This document shows, one piece after another, positions 39,941 to 53,494 of a stretch of 64,000 nucleotides of DNA. Position 1 is the first letter of the stretch; each line of letters begins with the position of its first letter. The notes under the pieces are model-generated. The model searched no databases. It had not been told where the DNA came from and saw only the letters and a program-made list of their open reading frames with translations. Both the position numbers and the translations under genes were made by a program. The DNA is from Leucoraja ocellata (lineage: Eukaryota): assembly GCA_036785375.1 (NCBI GenBank), contig JAWMAR010000011.1:9052001-9116000 (forward strand), read 5' to 3'.

Positions 39941-41397
39941 AATGGCATATTTATATTTATAATTATAAAATCTCTGCAATAAAAGCCCCTTCTCACTTTT
40001 ATGAAGGACAATCACTCCAAACTTTAGAACACATCTGAGGAGACAATGGAAAAAAAACCTCAAACATTGTTGCTGACAGCTGTACATGTCAGAATGTGTC
40101 AGAATTAGGAAGTGTTGCAGCAGCATGAGAAATATGACATGTTCCCAAATCTTGGCTTTGGATAACATTTGTGATAATTTGAACTCAATGTCCAGTGCTA
40201 TGGTTATGGGCACTGGGAGATGCTGGGGAGAGGTTGAGGACAGATGTGAATCTCGGGATAATATATTGCAGTTACTTTGTAGACTGAAAAGTTTACAAAA
40301 ATGTTGTAAATTTGCTGCACTATATTTTCTGTGCCCTGCATTAGCTCAGTACAACTCGATATGATTCACATGTTCAGAATATTTGTGCCTGAATTTTAGA
40401 GATTTGCCATTTTCATATTTAAGCAACCTATTTCCAGCAAACATCCATGTCGACCAATGGTCACCCACACTAATTTAATGCCAGATATGCTCCTGTTGTA
40501 GGTCACAAAATAAAATGTCCAAATTTCCTCAGTATTGTAGTAATTTTACTCCTGTAAGGAGAATATACCTGCCCTCCCCTCACCCTCCTCTCCCACCATC
40601 CCTCCACATGCTCCAACCCAAAAAATCTTATCATTTAAGGCAATACAAGTAGTAGCTGAAAGGGACTTTTTCTCATTGATTGTGAATGTTCTAATTGGTT
40701 TCTCTGAACTAATTGCTATGGTATTAACATATTTGGAAGGGAAGCTGCCTTCTTTTGTCATTACATGGATAACTGACTAATGCACATTCGACTGGGCTTG
40801 CTTTGCTGATCCATTGTTTTTGTATGTCAACCCATATTATCTCAATTTGTCCCTTAAAAAAATCCTGTTATTATGGCTTGCTGGATTTAATAGGGATATA
40901 TGTAACGACTAATTAATGAAAGTACAGCACAAAGTACCCCCATAATCAAGCTGCCAACATCAAATTATTTCAATGACAGTGAATCTTACAAAGAATGTCA
41001 GAGCATTTCCTATTCTACCACCTCAATAGTTAGACGCAAACCTCAATTACATGTAGAAAAATAAGCTGTGTTTACCACTGAGGAAGGAGAAATTCCAAGA
41101 AAATCCATCCCCTACAAGTCTGCACTTATTGTGAAGAACATGATAGATTGTGGTGTGCAAGTAAATAGTTTGACCAGTCAATTCAGTTTATTCTGTAAAT
41201 TACAATTAATTCACTTAATTGTGAATTCCACACAATTTGTCCCTAGATTCAAATATTGTAATGTTATTGATACCTCAGAGATTGATTTCTTTGGCATAAA
41301 TCATTATTTCAACAGCTAATTCAGGTAAGGTACTATTATACCTACAACATGATCTGAATTCATCTGTATCGCAGGAAAAGACTTTCTCCAATTGCTC

Positions 41398-41765
41398 AGT
41401 CATAGCGTTATACAGCACGGAAACAAGCCTTTCATCTCAACGTCCAGGCAGACTGCGATGCCCCTTCAAGCTAGTTTTATTTCCTTACATCTGGCCCTTT
41501 AGCCTTCTAGCCCTTTCCTATCCATACATCTGTCCAAATTTATTTTAAATATTGTTAATTTACCTGGCTCAACCACTTCCTCTGGTGCTCATTCCATATA
41601 CCAACCACTCTGTGTGTGAAAAGGTTGCTCCTCAAGTTCCTATTACATCTGTCTCCTCTAACTTTAAATCTATGCCTTCTATTTTTCAACTCATACCCTG
41701 ATAAAAAACACACTGCATTCATCCTATCTATTCCCCTCACGATTTTATACTTCATTAAGATCACT
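41398..41765 (-). mobile_element. CR1 3' fragment
   Basis: Minus ORF ..RRHRFKVRG..NLRSNLFTHRVVGIWNE. Confidence 0.7.
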
Positions 41766-43634
41766 CCACATCCTTGATTCTTGATTGGATTGCAGTGAAA
41801 TACTTTGCTCATGTTTTGAGTGAGTCTTTTGGACCAAGATTTATGGTAACATATTTTTAAAAACAGAAACTGTGGGTATTAAATCAATTATGATGTGATC
41901 AATCGAAGTTGATTTAACGACTAAGAATCAAAGTGAAGATAACCTTCATGATATAAAAGGCATCACAAAACCATAAAGAACTTGCTTAAACAGACAACAG
42001 AATTATTGACTGCTAAGTATTAACTTTATTTTGGTATTAAACTGCAACGTGATAGAAACGACAAGAGGAACCAGGGTGCAAACAAGGAAAAACAAGATGT
42101 TCTTTACAGCACAAGATACACAAGATTATCCTGCACACAATTTGTATTAATTTAGAAATTCTACCTTATACTTTTATTGGATATTAATTGGATTAGATAT
42201 AAAACTAGCCTTGAAATGTTCTTAAAGCTACAAGGCAAGGCAAGGGGGTGGTTGAAAGGGACATGCACAACAGTGGTGTGCTCATCAATAAAAAAATATT
42301 GCAGTAATATTTAAATAATATTACTGCCAGTCCAAATCTCATTATTGCCTGTTCAAATCTCACCATAAGAACTGGGGAATTAAATTTTGGTCAATTGAAT
42401 AATCTGGAATCAAAAAGCTGGTATCAGTAGTGTTTGCCTTGCGACTATAGGTTTCTACGGAGTCTCTGAGCATGGCATTTTATTTTATCCCGCCAGCGAC
42501 CACGGTGCTTGCTCTCTTCTATAGGACAAATTGTATTATGAACTCATCAGAGAGAGAGATTGCAAGTATAAACTCATGTCTTAGCAAACACATCAAGGTT
42601 ATGACATTGTGAAGTATAATTTGCCTTTGTCTTACAGAGGTAAACAACATGTTTTGATTGTGACTGTTCCATTTTCTGTTCCCATCACTTCTCCCCACTT
42701 CCAGGACCAGAATAGGATTTCTTTATCTTCACCTTTCACCAACTGGCCTTCACATCCAAAGGATCGTTATTCTCAAACTGCAATACCACTAGTCGCATTA
42801 TCCCACCTCCTTTTCAAGCCTCAAGCTATCTTCCCATGTGAAACAGCAATTTACCTGCACTTCCTTAAAGCTAGTATACTGTTTTGGCTGTTTACAAGGT
42901 GTTGCCAGAAATTCTGTTAATTTTTTTAATGATATTAAAGAGTTTTGTGGGTCATTGTGAACATTGCACACAGATTCAAAGCTTTTTGGAACAGCATTGT
43001 TTGGTTCCCCTTTGTAATGCGTGATGAAAGTGACAGTGATATTCTCCAATATTCTCTTTTGATCCAGTACAAGCATTAGGCCTCATGGGTGCAATCTCTG
43101 CAGCTGACTCTTAAAGGAACATTACACAATACATAATCTGTGAGCCAGATCCTGGAACTCATTGCCGATTAGCACTGTGAGAACACCTCCATCACATTAA
43201 CTCCAATAATTCAAGACGATGGGTCACTACCATTTTCTAAATGGTAATTACGAATAGGTAATAAATGCTGACCTTGCCAAAGATGCATAGATCCTGAAAA
43301 TAGATTTTAAAAAGTTATGGCAATAAATAGATGGACTTCACAAAGAATTGAAGGGAGAGGTAATGGGGCAAGGCATAATGCAAGAGTGTTCCCAAGCAGT
43401 TGGAGAAACTAGAGTGGGCAGATAAAGACCATCTGTACACCATCCAGAACTACCGAATTATGCCTTTGCAGATGTTTGCCAGGAAGGACACAACTGAAGT
43501 CTTTGGATGCTTGTAACCTATGGATGTCTGTGGTATGCGCAGTTGTATTTGCCAGCCCTGTCTGTTCTTGTGTGGATGAAAGGAAAAGTAAATGAAGTTT
43601 TTTGTGATTTATTTTAAAATCACAGGTCTCATAA

Positions 43635-44292
43635 AGGGGCTGTCCCACTACGGCGGCCTAATCCGCGAGTTCCAAAGAGTTTGCCCTTGACTCAAACTCG
43701 CACCATGGTCGACATGTGGTCCTATGAGGTCACTGGAACTCTCCTTCATGCTCGAGGGAAGTTCCCTCATACTCGCGGCCTCAGCTAGGTCGCGGAGATT
43801 TTTTCAGCATGTTGAAAAATATTCCGCGAGTAAAATTTGGTCGGCATTGTTCTTTTTAACTTGTAGTGCAGTGGAGTGGGGTCGCTATTTAGTTACAGGC
43901 AGTCGAGGGCAGCCGTAGACAATCTCCTTCGCTGACCAGGCATTTTGATTGGTTCATTGGAGTTTTCTGGGCCAAGGAAAACCGACTGATAGGCTAAATG
44001 TCCCCCCCCCCCCCCCCCCCCGGGCTCTCTAAAGGACTTACCGATCCAGTGCCAGCCGTCTTTTACCTTCCTCTTCATCGCGGGTGTGAATTTCAGACAG
44101 CATTCCCCCACTTTCCCTGGCCCACACCTTTGCGGTCTGTCTGTCTGTCTGTCTGTCTGTCTGGTCCAGCTCGCAGTTTCAACGTGGACGGTCCATCCAG
44201 CTCGAGGTTTTCCAGGCAAGTGCCCTCGAGCTTGAAGGTCGAAAACACTCTTCTTCACTCACGGATTAGGTCGCCGCAGTGGGACAGCCCCT
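43635..44292. mobile_element. PIF/Harbinger-type MITE, related to 23422-23921 and in the opposite orientation
   Basis: TIRs aggggctgtcccact.cggcg.cctaatccg / cggattaggtcgccgcagtgggacagcccct; TAA TSD; internal poly-C and (TCTG)n. Confidence 0.82.
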
Positions 44293-44599
44293 TAAGTAAT
44301 GCAGTTTGAATGCTAAAACTATAAAGAGTGTAGTTTCAGGGGAAACCGTTGTTCTGAGAATAAATACAATGATTTTTCAATCCCATTTGGGTAAATGGAA
44401 TTTAATTTTTGCATTACTGTTGATAAAATTTGAGGGTACTTTATGCCCTAGAAAAGGGTTCCAGAGCAAAAGAAAATCTTCACCCACAGCCAGAAGTCAG
44501 AATTCTCAACCAGGGCCAGATACATGGGAAATTGAGGCAATACTGTTATCTGAAATTTTCAAGTGTACAATACTAGTATATTTGGAGTTGTATTAACTT

Positions 44600-45140
44600 T
44601 ATGCTGGGGAGGCCAAATGCAGGCGAGCTGCTCTGACCACTTTGCAGAATACCTCCAAGTATGTAATCACGACCCCGAGCTTTTTGTCACCACTCGCTTC
44701 AAAGCTCTTATTCCGACTACTCTGCCTTGAATCTCCTGAGCTGTTCAAACAAAATTCAACCCAAGCACAGGAACGGTAGCTTATCACTTCACTAGACATG
44801 AAAGACATTTTTACACTCAACATTGAACCAATAATTTGAAGGAAGTAGCATTGCTGCAATTTTATTTGATATACAGCATTCATTTGAAATTCCTTTTACA
44901 TTTTAAGATTATCATTTTGCGCTTTCACTTCTTCAATGCTTTGTTATCTAGCGCGAACACTCTTGCTGTCATTCCATTCGGTCTGAGACTGCTTTTTGTT
45001 CTCTCCTCTCCCATTTCTCTGCACCTCAAAATACATTTCTAGCTATTTCCACTTGATTAAAGCTTGCTGACCTGAAATATTACCTCTGCATCTTTCTCTC
45101 CAATGACTATGCCTGATTTGCTGCATGTTTGTTTTTTATT
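44600..45140 (+). mobile_element. Decayed Penelope GIY-YIG/pLTR fragment
   Basis: Remnants resembling GE.K.RL.D.FAE.L...NHDPEL.V..HF and ..LNIE..N; degenerate pLTR follows. Confidence 0.5.
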
Positions 45141-45744
45141 AGCGAAAGTGTAATTGATGAAAGGAAAGTAGAAGAGTCAAGGGAACAAAAAAACTATTCC
45201 AAAGGTGCTTCTGAAATTCATTGCCCGAAAGGAATGTAGATGAAGATACAATAACCATATTTTTTACAATACTTGCATGTGTACTTGTAATGTCACTACC
45301 TAAAAGAATACAAATTAGATTGGAAAGTTAGCATAGCCTTTTAGGTGCTCTTCTTATTCACTTCAGGTACAATGTTCAATTACTTTTAAATATATTGTAT
45401 ATATTTGTGATTTTGCAATGCACTTCAAATATTCTTGAAATTCCATGGTGTTATTATTAAGTAATGGAACATAAAAAAATGTTTATGGTTTGAAATTGTA
45501 TGCTTAATAGGTCTTTAAATCATGAATATTGAAGTCGATTTCAATGCTAATCTATTATAGAGTTGCTACTGTTCACAAAGCTTTAAAATACACAAAAATA
45601 AGAAAGGTTGCTTGACTTATGACGAGCTATCAAATGAAGAAACTACACTTGCACCTCAAATTTGCCATTTCCTGTACCTAAGCATACACTTAGATTGGAC
45701 AGAAGTTAAAGTTATTTCAATCTTATCATCGTCGAACATAACAG

Positions 45745-46500
45745 TTCACAATAACCAGCCCTTCGGCCCAAATCTCAGTGCCAAACATAATGCAAAGATA
45801 AACTAATCTCCTCTGTCTGCACTTGGTCCATATCCCTTCATATTATGTTTCTCTCCTGTGATTAATAAAGTTCTATCCTATCTTATCTTATATCCATGTG
45901 CCTATCTAACCTACCTTGGGTCTTAATCTTCTGGATCAGCCCACCATGAGGAACTTTAACAAATACCTTGTCCAGGTAGACAACATCAACCGCCATACCC
46001 TCATTGATCACTTTCATCACCTCCTCAATCCTCAATTAAGTTAGTTAGATAGGATCTGCCAAAGACAAAGCCACGTTGACTCTCCCTAATTTTCCAATTC
46101 TCTTCCAAATGTGAGAAAATCCTATACCAAAGAATCCTTTTCAATAGCTCTTCTACCATGGATGAGAGGCTCAACGGCCTACAATTTCCTGGATTATCTC
46201 TACTTCCTTTCTTAAACAAAGCAACAACATTGGCTACTCTCCAGTCCTGAGGGACGTCGCCTGCGGCTAGAAAAGATCCAAAGTTTTTTGTTGAGGCTCC
46301 TGCAATCTACACTCCTGCCTCTCTCAATACCTTGGGATAGATTTCATCAGGCCCTAGGGATTTATTCACTTTAATACTTTCAAACAGCACACCCTTCTTG
46401 ATCTCAAACTGCCCTAGCATATTATTATAATCCAGATTGACCTTACTATCCTCCATATCCTTGTCCTTGGTGAATAAAGCTGCAAAGTGCTCGTTTAGTA
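45745..46500 (-). mobile_element. Degraded CR1 fragments
   Basis: Minus ORFs FKKGSRDNPGNCRPLSLSS.. and KSLGPDEIYPKVLRE. Confidence 0.7.
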
Positions 46501-46504
46501 CTAT

Positions 46505-46900
46505 GCCAACACGTTTGCAGATGACACCACTGTAGTGGGCTGTATCTTGAACAATGATGAGATGGAGTACAGGATGAAAATAGAAAGCTTGGTAGCGTGG
46601 CTTCAAAACAAGAACCTTTCTCTCAATGTCAGCAAACTAATGGAGCTAGTTATTAACTTCAGGAAGTGAGGTAGAGTACATTCCCATATCAGCATTAATG
46701 GTGTCAAAATGGAAATGGTCGTGCGCTTCAAGTTCCTAAGCATAATTATCACCACATATTTGTCCTGGACCAACCGCATCAAAGCTCTGGCCAAAATGCC
46801 TCCTCTTCCTCAAGAGACTAACAAAGTTTGGCATATATCCAATTAATTTTACTAGCTTCTACAGATGTACCATACAAATCACACTGTCATCTTGCATTGC
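46505..46900 (+). mobile_element. Rex1/Babar- or L2-like RT fragment
   Basis: FADDTTVVGCILNNDEMEYRMKIESLVAWLQNKNLSLNVSKLMELVINFRK. Confidence 0.7.
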
Positions 46901-48656
46901 AGGTGAAAATTATTTACTTTGTAACAAAATTTAAAATTTGTAGTCACTACATTAATAAATTAAACAAAAAACAATAGACCATGATTCCTCTTGTGGAGTT
47001 ACTTTTATACTTTTCTTTAGAGGGGAGAAAACATGAAGCCAAATAGTACAATGGTAACAACAACTGTCTGGATCTCTGCAAGTGTAAATTAACTGCTAAA
47101 GTCCTGGTGGATAAGATAGCTATGGTAAGAGAATACTGAAATATTTTGGATTATGGTCCTTGTTTTTTAAATGTTATTTGATCAGCTCTCATCACTTATT
47201 ACAAAAAATAACACGTATCATTACGTTCAGCATATAAGATTTATATGTGGTGCAGGACCATTGTTTGTTATGTAAAGTGTTAATTTCTCCTGGAAGCCCA
47301 ATCTAAAAATAAGTGAAAAAATAATGGGGAAATTAATAATATTTTGATAAAATACTCAGTGATTTCAAAATATTTTACAATATGGCAATATTACACATTT
47401 TTGTGCAATTAATTAATTCTAACCAAAATGCAAGTAAAGAAAAAAAAACAATAGAAAAGCGTAATCCTTGCAAAGTCTGTTAAATTTCATTATTAATAAG
47501 AATTTTAAATATAGATGTAATACATTCAACCTTATAACTTCTGTATGCTCTGGGCTTTTGTATAAAGAGCTAACGTTGCTCAAATATTTTTCTGTGCATG
47601 CCGAATAGAGGGAATGCAATGACAATGCTGAATGAAACATTCTTGTAACTAGCCTCATCTCATGATTGAAATCAAGAATTCACTATGTGGGAAAACAATG
47701 GTGAAACCCAATAAATTATTATTTTGTCACATTTGACTGGAAGTTGATTGATTTGATTCACATTTTTAGGCATGATGACCTCAGTTTCATCACAAGCATG
47801 TAAGACATGTGCAAATCAACTCTCCAGTGCACTGATGGTTCGAATATGTATAAGGTATTAAATAAACATGAGAACATTCAACTCCACTGATTAGTTCCTC
47901 TTTAGCTAAACAAATACTTAGTACTGTCACAAAATACAAAGTGAAAAACTATTTGATAATCCAGTGAAGTGCACCAGATAGAAAATTGGTACAGGGACTG
48001 AGTTATGTAGGTTCTAGGCAGGGTCTTACAATTTTCTGTGTTTTAGATGGTGTTGTTACTTCTCTGTATGTTCCATCAAAGAAGCAAATTTGACTATAAA
48101 TCATCAGGCTAGAGAAATTGCTGGTACAAACTGAGTTCCTAACAAAAGTATTAAGCCTATGATGCGTTGGGAGCTCAATGTTCTGTGCTGTCCAACAAGT
48201 CAGAAACAGTTGACTGATTCGGTCTGAATAAATAGTTAAATGTTATTTAAAGGTAAAGCTTATGAAGGTGATAGTAGTGAGTTTGCATATAGTTCACCAG
48301 CCACCAGTCCATAGTCCATAGTCCAATACTTATCATTTTAGGTCCAGGAGGCCGCATAAGCAGCTATTTGAAAAGCAAATACCAGATCTGTAAAAAAAAG
48401 ACTCAGGAAAATGCTAGTGTTACCTGAGAAAAGCCAGGCTGGGAAGACTTTATTAAAGTTGCCATGGATTCAAGAGATATTAGTGAAATTGATATTGGTG
48501 TTCATAAACAATATTGAGAAAGTCAACAAGCAAACACAGCAAGCAGTTAGGAAGGCAAATAGTTTCTGATGATGGTAAAAATAAAAAAATTATACGGATA
48601 TAGGGATTTTCCTGCAATTATTTAAGGTTCCAACAAGTCTTGGGATATTGTATTAT

Positions 48657-48914
48657 CATATAACCATATAACAATTACAGCACAGAAACAGGCCATCTCG
48701 GCCCTACAAGTCCGTGCCGAACAACTTTTTTTTCCCCTTAGTCCCACCTGCCTGCACTCATACCATAACCCTCCATTCCCTTCTCATCCATATGCCTATC
48801 CAATTTATTTTTTAATTATACCAACGAACCTGCCTCCACCACTTCCACTGGAAGCTCATTCCATACCACTACCACTCTCTGAGTAAAGAAGTTCCGCCTC
48901 ATGTTACCCCTAAA
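48657..48914 (-). mobile_element. Young CR1 3' end, same subfamily as 28257-28666
   Basis: Near-identical reverse complement of ~28403-28666. Confidence 0.85.
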
Positions 48915-48924
48915 ATGCAATCAT

Positions 48925-49953
48925 GCTGGGTGGCGCCGTCAGAGATGGCAGTCTCGCCAACAGTCTCTGTCTTTTCGTCTTTTTTTTGCTATTTTTAGTG
49001 TGTTTTAAAAAGTATGTATTAATGTTCTCTGGTTTGTTTTATGTGGGGAAAACCTTTATGTTTTCGGGGGAAACTTTTTTTCAATCTCTTACCTTGCCGG
49101 AGATGTGATTTTTTTCTGGATCGTATCTCCAGTCGCTCTGTGCCCTAACATCATGGAGCTGGCGGCCTTGCTCGGGACTGACCTTGTGCCCCATCGCGGG
49201 GCCGTGGACTTACCATCAGAGTCTGCGATCCCTTGCCTGGGACCGACGCTTCAACCCGCGGCCTGCGGATTTCAACATCGAGGCGACAGATAGCACAATG
49301 GGCTAAGAGTTCGGCTGGCGACCGGAAGGTAGCCGGTTCAAATCCCGCTTGGAGTGCATACTGTCGTTGTGTCCTTGGGCAAGACACTTCACCCACCTTT
49401 GCCTGTAATGGAATGTACGGCGGCAGGCGCGGGCACACCGCGACGCCCTGTGTCTCCCTTTCAAGGGAGATGCTAAAAATGCATTTCGTTGTCTCTGTAC
49501 TGTACACTGACAATGACAATAAATTGAATCATTTCATTTTCATTTCAGGAGCTCGCAGTCTCGGGTAAAGCCTGGTGTCAGGAAGCTCCAACGCACAGGA
49601 GGTCCGACTAGCCCCAACCCGATTGCCTGGCGCGGGGAGCCGAGATCCTCCTGATGCGGGAACTTGATCGCCCCGATGCGGAGGGCTTGACTGCCGGCTA
49701 CGGGAGCCAAGATCGCCCCAACAGAAGGTTCGAGTGCCCCCGACCGCGGGAGAACAAAGAAGGGAAGAAGATTTAGCTTTTTTTGCCTTCCATCACAGTG
49801 AGGAATGTGGGGTAGTCGCTGTGGTGGATGTTCATGTTTAAAGTTTATTTGGGTGTATTGTTGCTCTTTATTGGTATGACTGTATGACAAATCAAATTCC
49901 TCGTATGTTGCAAAACATACTTGGCTAATAAATTACTATTACGATTATGATTG
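48925..49953 (+). mobile_element. CpG-rich non-autonomous retroelement with LINE-like tail; hosts a nested SINE
   Basis: Homologous to 63575-64000; ends aaattcctcgtatgttgcaaaacatacttggctaataaa + (ATTACG)-like repeats. Confidence 0.6.
49282..49547 (+). mobile_element. tRNA-derived SINE with (CATTT)n tail nested in the previous element
   Basis: A box-like tagcacaatgg and B box ggttcaaatccc; core gtgtccttgggcaagacact; absent from the homologue at ~63890-63915. Confidence 0.7.
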
Positions 49954-51222
49954 ATCCAGCTATGTGAGGAAGAATATACTTGCAATTGGGGAGCAATGGG
50001 GGACTGGTCCCTTGAGAAGAGATAAAGCCACTGCACCTATTTGCTGAGTGTAGACAAGGTAATCTCTTTAAAACATACAACATTTTTATGGAGTTTGACA
50101 GGGTAGATGGGGGGTGGGGTGGGGGGTATTGCTTCCCCTGTCAAGAATGTCAAGATCCGAGGGTTACAGTCTTTAAAAGTAAGGAGTGGACCATTGAGTA
50201 CGAAAATGTCTATACATTTATTTAACCAGGGTAAGGAATCTTTGGAATTCTCCATGCAGGAAGGCTATGGAATCTTCAAGACAAGTTGATTGATTTTCAG
50301 ATATTAAAGAAATCAAGGGCAATGGGGTTCGTACAAGTAAATGGCGTTCCAGTAGAGGATCAGACAATAGACAATAGGTGCAGGAGTAGGCCATTCGGCC
50401 CTTCGAGCCAGCACCGCCATTTAATGTGATCATGGCTGATCATTCCCAATCAGTACCCCGTTCCTGCCTTCTCCCCATATCCCCTGACACGGCTATTTTT
50501 AAGAACTGGTGGTGGTATGAAGAATCAAATAGCCTGCTCCAGTAAATACATTAGATTAAATAAAGTCTACTTTATTTTATGATCACCAACAACCAAGGAT
50601 TAAAATTCAATTTCAGTTGTGAATGGTTTACATTTCATTTACTTCACACAGAGGGTGATGAACATGTAGAACACATTGTTAGCTACAGTGGAAACAGGTA
50701 GAGCTGGAACATTGAAACAAACTGTAGTTTTAATGGAAGAAAACTGCAAGGGTTAGAGGAAGAGAATAAAGTGACATGTTTTTGTTTAAACTTGGTTACA
50801 GTCATAGATTCCAATTGTGATTTCCAGACCCAAAGACTCCAATGTTCTTAAGTGCATGTTGTTTCAATTTACAATCGTAAAAGAGCCATTTTACCACAGA
50901 AAACGTATCTTAAAATTGTAAGTAGAATTTATAGTTGCAACCACCATGTGCAAAAATCAGCAAAATGACAATAGGAAACTATGTGACGTGGGCCATTCAG
51001 GATATACAACCTCAACAGAACAGGAGTTTTTGTGTAGTTTTGAAATCTATCCTGCAGACATAATAAATGACATGTATTATCAGTCTCACTCTGTATCCTC
51101 TGTGTAACAATTTCTACAGATAAAATGTCAATTGAAATTTGTGATTGCTTACAGCGTCTTTTCTTCAAAAATTATGACGATACATAACTAAGCAAATAAA
51201 GATAAAAATATAAAGTTCTTAC

Positions 51223-51273
51223 CTTTATCTGTTATTGCCATGTCCTCTTTTTGATAAGATCTCAGATATTGAA
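51223..51273 (-). CDS. Candidate 51-nt phase-1/phase-1 cassette exon (VQYLRSYQKEDMAITDK)
   Basis: Strong donor AAG|GTAAGA, CAG acceptor with weak pyrimidine tract, open in the PRDM11 frame; no homology evidence. Confidence 0.25.
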
Positions 51274-53070
51274 CTGCAGTGATCAAAATCTCTGTTCCTC
51301 TGGTGTATGACAGCACTTGCAGATTATTATTTTCATTTTTTGATGTGCTCAGAATTCAGCAGTAGCATTGTGAAAATACATCAGTAAACTCAAAAGATCG
51401 TACATGAACGGTTCCTCAAATATGTCAGATTATTAGCAATCGTGTGTCTTCTGGTTCACCAACATCAAAACTCAAATAATTTCTTCAAAGATGTGCCAAT
51501 ATTGCTTATATACTTTACTGATTTAGCAATCACAGAAACAAGAAAAATAATATAGCTCAGTTACCAAAAGGCTTAATAGTTAATAATAATTAGGAGAGGA
51601 ATCAAAGAAAACTTTATTAGTTTCATCATAAAACAGCTGGACAACATGAGAGCACCAAGATCTTACTTTCCTTACAACAAGCTATTTTACTCATTTAACC
51701 TATTGACTCACAAACTTTGATGATCATATATGTTTCTCTAGAAAGCCATATAATCATACATCTAATGCTAGATTAAAAATAAAATATTCTTCATTTTTAG
51801 TTTAGACACCCCAGTTATATTGCAACTTATTTTGTTGCAAGGAAACACGTCAGAAATGCATATACTAATGAGTCCATATATTTTTTTGGTAAGAGTTGTT
51901 TTGTTGGGTATTTTAGCTAGTATATACTAGTAGAGAAAGCAATAAATTTAAACAAGTAGATTAATAGATCGATAAGCATAGCACTCTGCAGGTTTATTCA
52001 AAAAATAAGTTCTAAAAGAATGTCTCAAAATATGCCTCAAAAAAACTATACAAAAGTGATGTCAACCATTGATGGACACAACATATCAGGGATCCTCCAC
52101 AACACAGATCAACCTCCAAGTGATATATCAGCTTGTTAATTTAGCAAAACAAGTTAAAAATGTGTCACTTTTATAATTTATAGAGATGCCACCCATGCCT
52201 GATTTTGTTTTGCAATACACATACTGAATTATATGGCAACCTGAATAAACTATTAAGGAGCACTGATGCATTCAAATGAGAAAATATTGCACACTAACTA
52301 ATCTACACCTTGCCAGGCATCATCCATAGCTTCTTTCCTCACCTAGTCCAACCAAGAAAGATGAAAAGCTCCAAAATGTCTGTCGCTACAATGCGCAATA
52401 TTAGACATTTCTTATTAAATTAGAAATTACAAACATTTACAATTCACAGTGCTCTGTACTTCGATATTACGAACACTAATACAAGGAATGAATTAATGCT
52501 GCAATCTAGTTACTTGCCTTTTGTACAACAATAATTTCATGACCCAAAATGATTCTGTGTTTTTGAATGAATTAATAAAATTTCTTGGTGAATAGGGGCT
52601 ACTAGTTTATCCTACATTGTTGAGGTACGCTATCTAGACCTAGGAATTCTGGTTCAATCAATAAGCATGGGCTCAGGAGATGGCCACGTGTATTTAGAAC
52701 ATTTTATGGAGGGTTATGGATCAGGCACTCACTATTAATCTTGGGCAGATTTTGAAAAGTATTGAGACCTCAAGAAAAATTGTTGGAGAATGGGGAGGTT
52801 AGAGAAATGTTGTTGGCACTGGTGTGAGAGGGGAGGGGAAGAGGCAAGATGAAGAGGCTGCAGATCAGAGATGTCCAAGAGATCAGAGAGTATTGTGTTC
52901 AGTGTACAATCAGAGTACATTGTGAGGGAAATGGGACAAAAATGTAGAGACATATTTCACTTACTTGGAGGGATGTTAATCCAATGCTGTGCTGGTACTA
53001 CCACATTTTTCCAGTTATGCCCAATCAGAGGTGTGTTGCATGAAAAATTAAATCTAGAATAGAATCTAGA

Positions 53071-53494
53071 ATACTCTCTAGAATTTAGGAGATTGAGAGG
53101 GGATCTTATAGAAACTTACAAAATTCTTAAGGGGTTGGACAGGCTAGATGCAGGAAGATTGCTCCCGATGTTGGGGAAGTCCAGGACAAGGGGTCACAGC
53201 TTAAGGATAAGGGGGAAATCCTTTAAAACCGAGATGAGAAGAACTTTTTTCACACCGAGAGTGGTGAATCTCTGGAACTCTCTGCCGCAGAGGGTAGTTG
53301 AGGCCAGTTCATTGGCTATATTTAAGAGGGAGTTAGATGTGGCCCTTGTGGCTAAGGGGATCAGAGGGTATGGAGAGAAGGCAGGTACGGGATACTGAGT
53401 TGGATGATCAGCCATGATCATATTGAATGGCGGTGCAGGCTCGAAGGGCCGAATGGCCTACTCCTGCACCTAATTTCTGTGTTTCTATGTTTCT
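53071..53494 (+). mobile_element. Young 5'-truncated CR1
   Basis: Intact ORF2 end RGDLIETYKILKGLDRLD..TRGHSLRI..FFTPRVVNLWNSLP; tail tttctgtgtttctatgtttct. Confidence 0.88.

Noticed and set aside
43409-43567. Minus-strand pyrimidine tract + AAG followed by a short phase-1 open frame (EQTGLANTTAH..)
   Set aside because: No convincing phase-compatible donor and no recognisable protein similarity.
44599-44883. Minus-strand 94-aa ORF with apparent splice-like ends
   Set aside because: The plus strand is better explained as a Penelope GIY-YIG remnant.
49282-49352. tRNA gene
   Set aside because: The A/B boxes continue into a SINE core and (CATTT)n tail, so it is a SINE head.
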